Shown piece by piece: positions 23,718-28,400 of a stretch of 28,400 nucleotides of DNA; position 1 is the first letter of the stretch; each line of letters starts with the position of its first letter. The notes under the pieces were generated by a model. The model had not been told where the DNA came from and did not search any database. It saw nothing but the letters and a program-made list of their open reading frames with translations. A program made the translations under genes and the position numbers. Source of the DNA: a virus (Duplodnaviria; Caudoviricetes). The DNA lies in IMG/VR virus record IMGVR_UViG_3300032243_000069, positions 1 to 28,400 of that record, one strand, 5' to 3'.

Positions 23718-23745
23718 TAACTGATTGATAATAAAAGATAAAATA
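23718..23745 (-). promoter_or_regulatory. IHF binding site
   Basis: Minus-strand TATCAA-TCAG-TTA equals the WATCAANNNNTTR consensus, with an A/T tract on its 5' side. Confidence 0.6.
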
Positions 23746-23863
23746 GCCAACATTGTCAATAATGGAAAATGCTCACTGCGAAGCAGGTCTGCGGAGGTCA
23801 ACAAAGCTATGGTAGCCCCGCTACGGTAAAGACATAGTAAGTGTAGGGTCTATAAAATAATGC

Positions 23864-23892
23864 TTGACAAAATCACGAAAGTATGCTAAAAT
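23864..23892 (+). promoter_or_regulatory. sigma70-type promoter of the packaging/late arm
   Basis: TTGACA (23864-23869), 17-bp spacer, TAAAAT (23887-23892) with extended -10 TG at 23884-23885. Confidence 0.75.
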
Positions 23893-23898
23893 CGCTTT

Positions 23899-24067
23899 AC
23901 AAGAGTTCAGCAACACACTATAAAGTAATCGGGACAGTCCCCTTCGGGACGACAAGTTATAGCGTACTGTAGCATGGGGAACGAATAACCGACAGGTAGT
24001 TCCCCCTAATAGCGAACAACGGTCTACGACAGCACTCTATAGTATTAGTAGGGCTTTGAATTTTTTT
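23899..24067 (+). ncRNA. Candidate structured RNA (sRNA or 5' leader), about 165 nt
   Basis: Begins at the predicted start site and ends in T7. It has closing stems plus three internal hairpins with G-U pairs and a GNRA loop (see findings). Confidence 0.45.
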
Positions 24068-24097
24068 AATGTGTCTTCCTAAAAGGATAAAAGACTA

Positions 24098-24553
24098 ATG
24101 TCTGATGATGTGTCTTCTAAAGAGGTGTTGGTGGTTGAAAAACCAAAAAGACCAAAGATTCGCAGACGAGAAGTGGTTAATGGTAAACCTAAGCGTGGTC
24201 GTCCTTCAAACAAGGCAATTGCTAAAAAGAAGAATCCCGGCACACTGGGCAGACCTCCCGGAGATGCAGCCCGAATAGCCGAGTTTAAAGCAAGACTACT
24301 TGCTACTGCTGGTGACAGTGTTATCACCAAGATTATTGAAACTGCTCTTGCTGACGGACATCCAGCACAGGGTGCAATGTTAAAGTTTTGTGGTGAAAGA
24401 TTATTACCACTGTCTAGTTTTGAAGCAAAGTCTGGTGGTGGTACTCCGCAGATTAGTATTAATATCACTGGCATTAATTCGCCAACGGTAGAAACTGCAG
24501 AAGAAGTAATTGAAAACGATTACACTGATGTAGTCATAAAGGATATAGAATAA
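24098..24553 (+). CDS. Terminase small subunit-like protein
   Basis: Basic KRGRP / GRPPG N-terminal region, helical core, beta-like QISINITG segment; coupled to TerL. Confidence 0.6.
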   Translation: MSDDVSSKEVLVVEKPKRPKIRRREVVNGKPKRGRPSNKAIAKKKNPGTLGRPPGDAARIAEFKARLLATAGDSVITKIIETALADGHPAQGAMLKFCGERLLPLSSFEAKSGGGTPQISINITGINSPTVETAEEVIENDYTDVVIKDIE

Positions 24554-25812
24554 TGGCAGATTTGAACTTCAGTCTGCTAAAGTGGCAACAAGAAGTATTT
24601 AAAGACACTACTCGCTTTAAGGTTATTGCTGCGGGTCGTCGCTGTGGTAAAAGTAGATTATCTGCAGTAACCCTATTGATTGAAGGGTTAAATTGTCCTG
24701 AAGGTTCAAGTGTGATGTATGTTGCACCAACGCTAGGACAAGCTAGAACGATTATCTGGGATTTGTTGATGGACCTAGGTAGACCGATTATCAAGTCTGC
24801 TCATATCAACAACTTAGAGATTACTTTAGTAAATGGTCGTAAGATATTAGTTCGTGGTGCAGATAATCCTGACTCGCTTCGTGGTGTCAGTTTGACCTAT
24901 CTGGTAATGGACGAGTGTGCGTTTATTAAAGCAGAGATTTGGGAAAAGGTATTACGAGCATCTTTGTCTGATAAAAAAGGTAGAGCCATGTTTATTTCTA
25001 CCCCATCTGGTCGTAATCACTTTTATGACTGGTATCAGTTAGGACAAGCTGGTGACGATGAGGAGTGGAAGTCTTGGCACTTTACCACTGCAGATAACGA
25101 AACCATTGACCCTAAAGAGATTGAAGCAGCTAAGAGGACACTAAGTTCCTTTGCGTTTGGACAAGAATATTTGTCTTCCTTTAACAACGCTGGTGCAGGT
25201 TTGTTTAAAGAAGAATGGATTAAGTTCGGAGATGAGCCTAAGTCTGGTAGTTGGTACATTGCAATTGACTTAGCTGGATTTGAAGAAGTGGCTAAGAACG
25301 CTAGTGCTTCCAAGAAAAGATTAGACCAATCCGCTATTGCGTGTGTTAAAGTAACCGATGACGGGAAATGGTATGTGGACAAGATTGAAGCAGGTCGTTG
25401 GGACATTGAAGAGACAGCGACTAGAATACTTAAAAATATCGCACAGTACGAGCCGATGGCTGTAGGAATTGAGCGAGGAGCATTAAAAAACGCTGTATTG
25501 CCTTATTTGAGTAACTTGATGCGTCAGCACAATTGCTACGCTCATATCGCTGATTTAACGCATGGAAATAAGAAAAAAGTAGATAGAGTGATTTGGGCTT
25601 TGCAAGGTAGGTTTGAGCATGGTCAAGTGGTTCTGAATGCTGAAGGTGACTTTGATGAGTTTGTAGACCAGTTGCTAATGTTCCCTACGAATCAAGTTCA
25701 TGACGATTTGCCCGATGCTTTGTCTTACATCGACCAGTTAGCCGTAACAACTTATGGCTTTGACGATGCAGACGAAGAATATGAATGTATGGATATTATA
25801 AGCGGATACTAA
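24553..25812 (+). CDS. terL: Terminase large subunit
   Basis: Walker A AGRRCGKS, YVAPT, LRG, Walker B LVMDE, ISTP.G; nuclease IAIDLAG...D.SA...HDD..DAL. Confidence 0.95.
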   Translation: MADLNFSLLKWQQEVFKDTTRFKVIAAGRRCGKSRLSAVTLLIEGLNCPEGSSVMYVAPTLGQARTIIWDLLMDLGRPIIKSAHINNLEITLVNGRKILVRGADNPDSLRGVSLTYLVMDECAFIKAEIWEKVLRASLSDKKGRAMFISTPSGRNHFYDWYQLGQAGDDEEWKSWHFTTADNETIDPKEIEAAKRTLSSFAFGQEYLSSFNNAGAGLFKEEWIKFGDEPKSGSWYIAIDLAGFEEVAKNASASKKRLDQSAIACVKVTDDGKWYVDKIEAGRWDIEETATRILKNIAQYEPMAVGIERGALKNAVLPYLSNLMRQHNCYAHIADLTHGNKKKVDRVIWALQGRFEHGQVVLNAEGDFDEFVDQLLMFPTNQVHDDLPDALSYIDQLAVTTYGFDDADEEYECMDIISGY

Positions 25813-25813
25813 T

Positions 25814-26227
25814 ATGAAATGTCCTGTTGCTACACACGATATAAAAACCAATCTAAAAAACAGAGACTGGGCATTCAAGAATGTCGGTTACGGTCCTGCA
25901 AATCCCAATGAACCTAACAGTGCCTTTTGGAATGCTAAAGCCAATGAATGGCAAACAGAACTAAAGCAAGCCAAGTCTATGCGTTGTGGTAACTGCTCTG
26001 CATTTATCCAAACTCCAGAGATGATGGAATGTATTCGTACTGGCATTGACGAAGAAAAAGACAGTTACGCAGAAGATGTGATTGAGTCTGCTGGCTTAGG
26101 ATATTGTGAACTATTTGATTTTAAATGTGCAGACACTCGCACTTGTAATGCTTGGTTAATTGGCGGTCCTATTACAGAAAGTAATATGGAAATGCCTGAT
26201 ATGATGACAGACACCACTGAGGACTAA
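25814..26227 (+). CDS. Cys-rich protein with a HiPIP-like motif
   Basis: CGNCSAF...GYCELF...TCNAW. Confidence 0.55.
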   Translation: MKCPVATHDIKTNLKNRDWAFKNVGYGPANPNEPNSAFWNAKANEWQTELKQAKSMRCGNCSAFIQTPEMMECIRTGIDEEKDSYAEDVIESAGLGYCELFDFKCADTRTCNAWLIGGPITESNMEMPDMMTDTTED

Positions 26228-26228
26228 A

Positions 26229-28283
26229 ATGGCTCAAATGAAAGACAACAACGAATCAACTCAGTGGGACGAACCTACTGAATCAGATAAAGAGATTATT
26301 GCATTCGTTATTGAACACACTGACTTATGGAGAGACTATCGTGACCAAAACTTCCTAGATGATTGGGAAGAATATGAAAGAATCTTTAGAGGTGAGTGGG
26401 AAGCTCAAGACCGTACTCGTGAATCAGAGCGTAGCCGTATTATTTCTCCTGCAACTCAGCAAGCTATTGAGACTCGTCATGCAGAGATTATGGAAGCTAT
26501 CTTTGGTGATGGCGAATACTTTGACATCGAAGATGATGCTGCTGATGACCAACCAATGGATGTTGCCCAGCTTAAGATTCAGTTGCAAGAAGATTTAGAA
26601 AAACAAAAGGTTCGTAAACAGATTGACCAAATCGAACTGATGGCAGAGATTTATGGTACTGGTATCGGTGAGATTGTAGTTAAAAAAGATAAAGAGTATG
26701 TCCCTTCTACTCAACAAATCCCCGGCTCTACTCAAGCCGCTTATGGTGTTACTGAGCGTGAGTACACCTGCGTTAAACTTAATCCTGTAAATCCTAAGAA
26801 CTTCCTTATTGACCCTAACTCTTCTACTGTGGAAGATGCACTAGGATGTGCTGTTGAGAAGTTTGTGTCTATTCACAAAGTTGTGGAAGGCATGGAAAAA
26901 GGTATCTATCGCAAAGTCAATATCAGTTATGCTTCTGATGACACTGCTTTAGAGCCAACTCAAGAACTTAAGCAGTTCCAAGATGGTAAAGTTCGTCTAT
27001 TAACTTATTATGGTTTAGTTCCTCGTGAATACATTGAACAATTGGAAAATAATGGTGAAGAAGTTGTTGACTTGTTCCCAGATGACTCTGTTGCTGATGA
27101 TTATGCTGACCTTGTAGAAGCGATTATCGTCATTGCTAACGACTCTATGCTCCTCAAGGCAGAAAAGTCTCCTTACATGATGAAAGACCGTCCTATCGTT
27201 GCGTATCAAGACGATACAGTCCCTAATCGTTTCTGGGGTCGTGGCACTGCTGAAAAAGCATACAATATGCAAAAGGCGATAGATGCTCAGTTACGCAGTC
27301 ATTTAGACAGTCTAGCCCTCACCACCTCACCAATGATTGCTATGGACGCTACAAGGCTTCCTAGAGGTGCTAAATTTGAAGTTAAACCGGGTAAAGCAAT
27401 CCTTACCAATGGTGCTCCTTCAGAGATTCTGTTCCCATTCAAGTTCGGTCAAACAGACCAGACCAACATTGCTACCTCACAGAACTTTGAGCGTATGCTT
27501 TTACAAGCTACTGGCACTGTAGATTCGTCAGGAATGCCGTCACAAGCCCCTCGTGATGCTGGTACAGGCGGTATGTCTATGGCAATGGCGGGTATTATTA
27601 AGAAATACAAGCGTACATTGACCAATTTCCAAGAAGATTTCTTAATTCCGTTCATTCGTAAGGCTGCATATCGTTATATGCAATTTGACCCTGAGCGTTA
27701 TCCTTCAAAAGACTACAAGTTTATGCCAACTGCTACCCTTGGTATCATGGCTCGTGAACATGAACAGCAGCAATTCATTGCTTTACTGCAAACTTTAGGA
27801 CCAAATACACCAGTATTGCCAATTATTCTTAAAGGAATAATCGGTAACTCTAGTTTATCTAACAAAGTAGAGCTTGCACAAGCATTAGACCAGATGAGTC
27901 AGCCTAATCCACAGGTACAACAGCTACAACAAGCAGAACAACAGCTTAAATTACAGGCTGCACAGGCTCAAATCAAGAGTTTGGACGCTTCTGCTGCTAA
28001 AGACATGGCTGATGCTCAGAAAACAATGGTTGAGGCTCAGTTAGCTCCTAAAGAGACTGAAGCTAAGGTAATTGCTTCTGTTTCTCGTAATCTTCCACAA
28101 CAAGGCGACCAAGCAAACGCTGAATTTGATAGAAGAGTGAAGATTGCTGAGTTAATGTTAAAAGAAGCAGACCTAAAAAACAATACTAAGATTGTTGAGA
28201 TGCAAATGTTTGATAAGTCTGCTACAATAGGAAAGACTGAAGAAGATTTCTTAAACAATCTGACTGCAAAGCTCTCTAAATAA
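26229..28283 (+). CDS. Portal protein (P22-like, with a long C-terminal helical barrel)
   Basis: 684 aa after TerL; YGTGI, F.IDP, FWGRG..EK....Q; Gln-rich coiled-coil C-terminus. Confidence 0.88.
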   Translation: MAQMKDNNESTQWDEPTESDKEIIAFVIEHTDLWRDYRDQNFLDDWEEYERIFRGEWEAQDRTRESERSRIISPATQQAIETRHAEIMEAIFGDGEYFDIEDDAADDQPMDVAQLKIQLQEDLEKQKVRKQIDQIELMAEIYGTGIGEIVVKKDKEYVPSTQQIPGSTQAAYGVTEREYTCVKLNPVNPKNFLIDPNSSTVEDALGCAVEKFVSIHKVVEGMEKGIYRKVNISYASDDTALEPTQELKQFQDGKVRLLTYYGLVPREYIEQLENNGEEVVDLFPDDSVADDYADLVEAIIVIANDSMLLKAEKSPYMMKDRPIVAYQDDTVPNRFWGRGTAEKAYNMQKAIDAQLRSHLDSLALTTSPMIAMDATRLPRGAKFEVKPGKAILTNGAPSEILFPFKFGQTDQTNIATSQNFERMLLQATGTVDSSGMPSQAPRDAGTGGMSMAMAGIIKKYKRTLTNFQEDFLIPFIRKAAYRYMQFDPERYPSKDYKFMPTATLGIMAREHEQQQFIALLQTLGPNTPVLPIILKGIIGNSSLSNKVELAQALDQMSQPNPQVQQLQQAEQQLKLQAAQAQIKSLDASAAKDMADAQKTMVEAQLAPKETEAKVIASVSRNLPQQGDQANAEFDRRVKIAELMLKEADLKNNTKIVEMQMFDKSATIGKTEEDFLNNLTAKLSK

Positions 28284-28400
28284 TGGCTAACATTAAAGAT
28301 TTTATCAAGAAAATAGGAAATGAAACTGTTTCCTTAGAAGAACAGCAACGAGCTTTAGCAGCGGTTGAACAAACCATTGTTGAGGCTAAAGCTAAACGAG
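28283..28400 (+). CDS. Partial CDS (3'-truncated), coiled-coil hypothetical
   Basis: TAATG-coupled ATG at 28283; MANIKDFIKKIGNETVSLEEQQRALAAVEQTIVEAKAKR stays open to the window end. Confidence 0.65.
   Translation, partial: MANIKDFIKKIGNETVSLEEQQRALAAVEQTIVEAKAKR

Noticed and set aside
23899-24067. tRNA, tmRNA or cobalamin riboswitch identity for the structured segment
   Set aside because: No T-loop/CCA, tag reading frame or B12-box could be recognised by eye.
24079-28258. Antisense ORFs over terS, terL and portal (24079-24474, 25035-25406, 27015-27272 and others)
   Set aside because: They are opposite-strand shadows within a tightly coupled plus-strand operon.

Overview
This is a fragment of a lytic, podovirus-like dsDNA phage genome (AT-rich), probably read from a circularly permuted assembly. 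It has two arms. The plus-strand late arm covers 24098 to the end (TerS-like, TerL, a HiPIP-like protein, portal) and 1-11115 (tail fibre, Dps-like protein, small basic proteins, tail tube/nozzle, three ejection proteins, holin, M15 endolysin). The minus-strand early/replication arm, 23107-11182, has small early genes, a T7-type primase-helicase, family A DNA polymerase, SSB, two exonucleases, a resolvase, DUF3310 and a class II (B12) ribonucleotide reductase. The arms converge at a UUCG terminator (about 11145) and diverge across a roughly 1 kb non-coding control region (23108-24097). No RNA polymerase or integrase is visible, and host sigma70-type promoters are present. The most unusual items are in or near the control region: an array of GTWAGT-N4-ACTWAC palindromes, a G-tract, a consensus IHF site, and a promoter-driven, multi-stem candidate ncRNA of about 165 nt directly upstream of the terminase genes. 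Also notable are an unannotated 50-aa stand-alone sigma-region-4 protein and a 10-mer repeated upstream of four minus-strand start codons. All family calls come from motif recognition by eye; no database searches were run.
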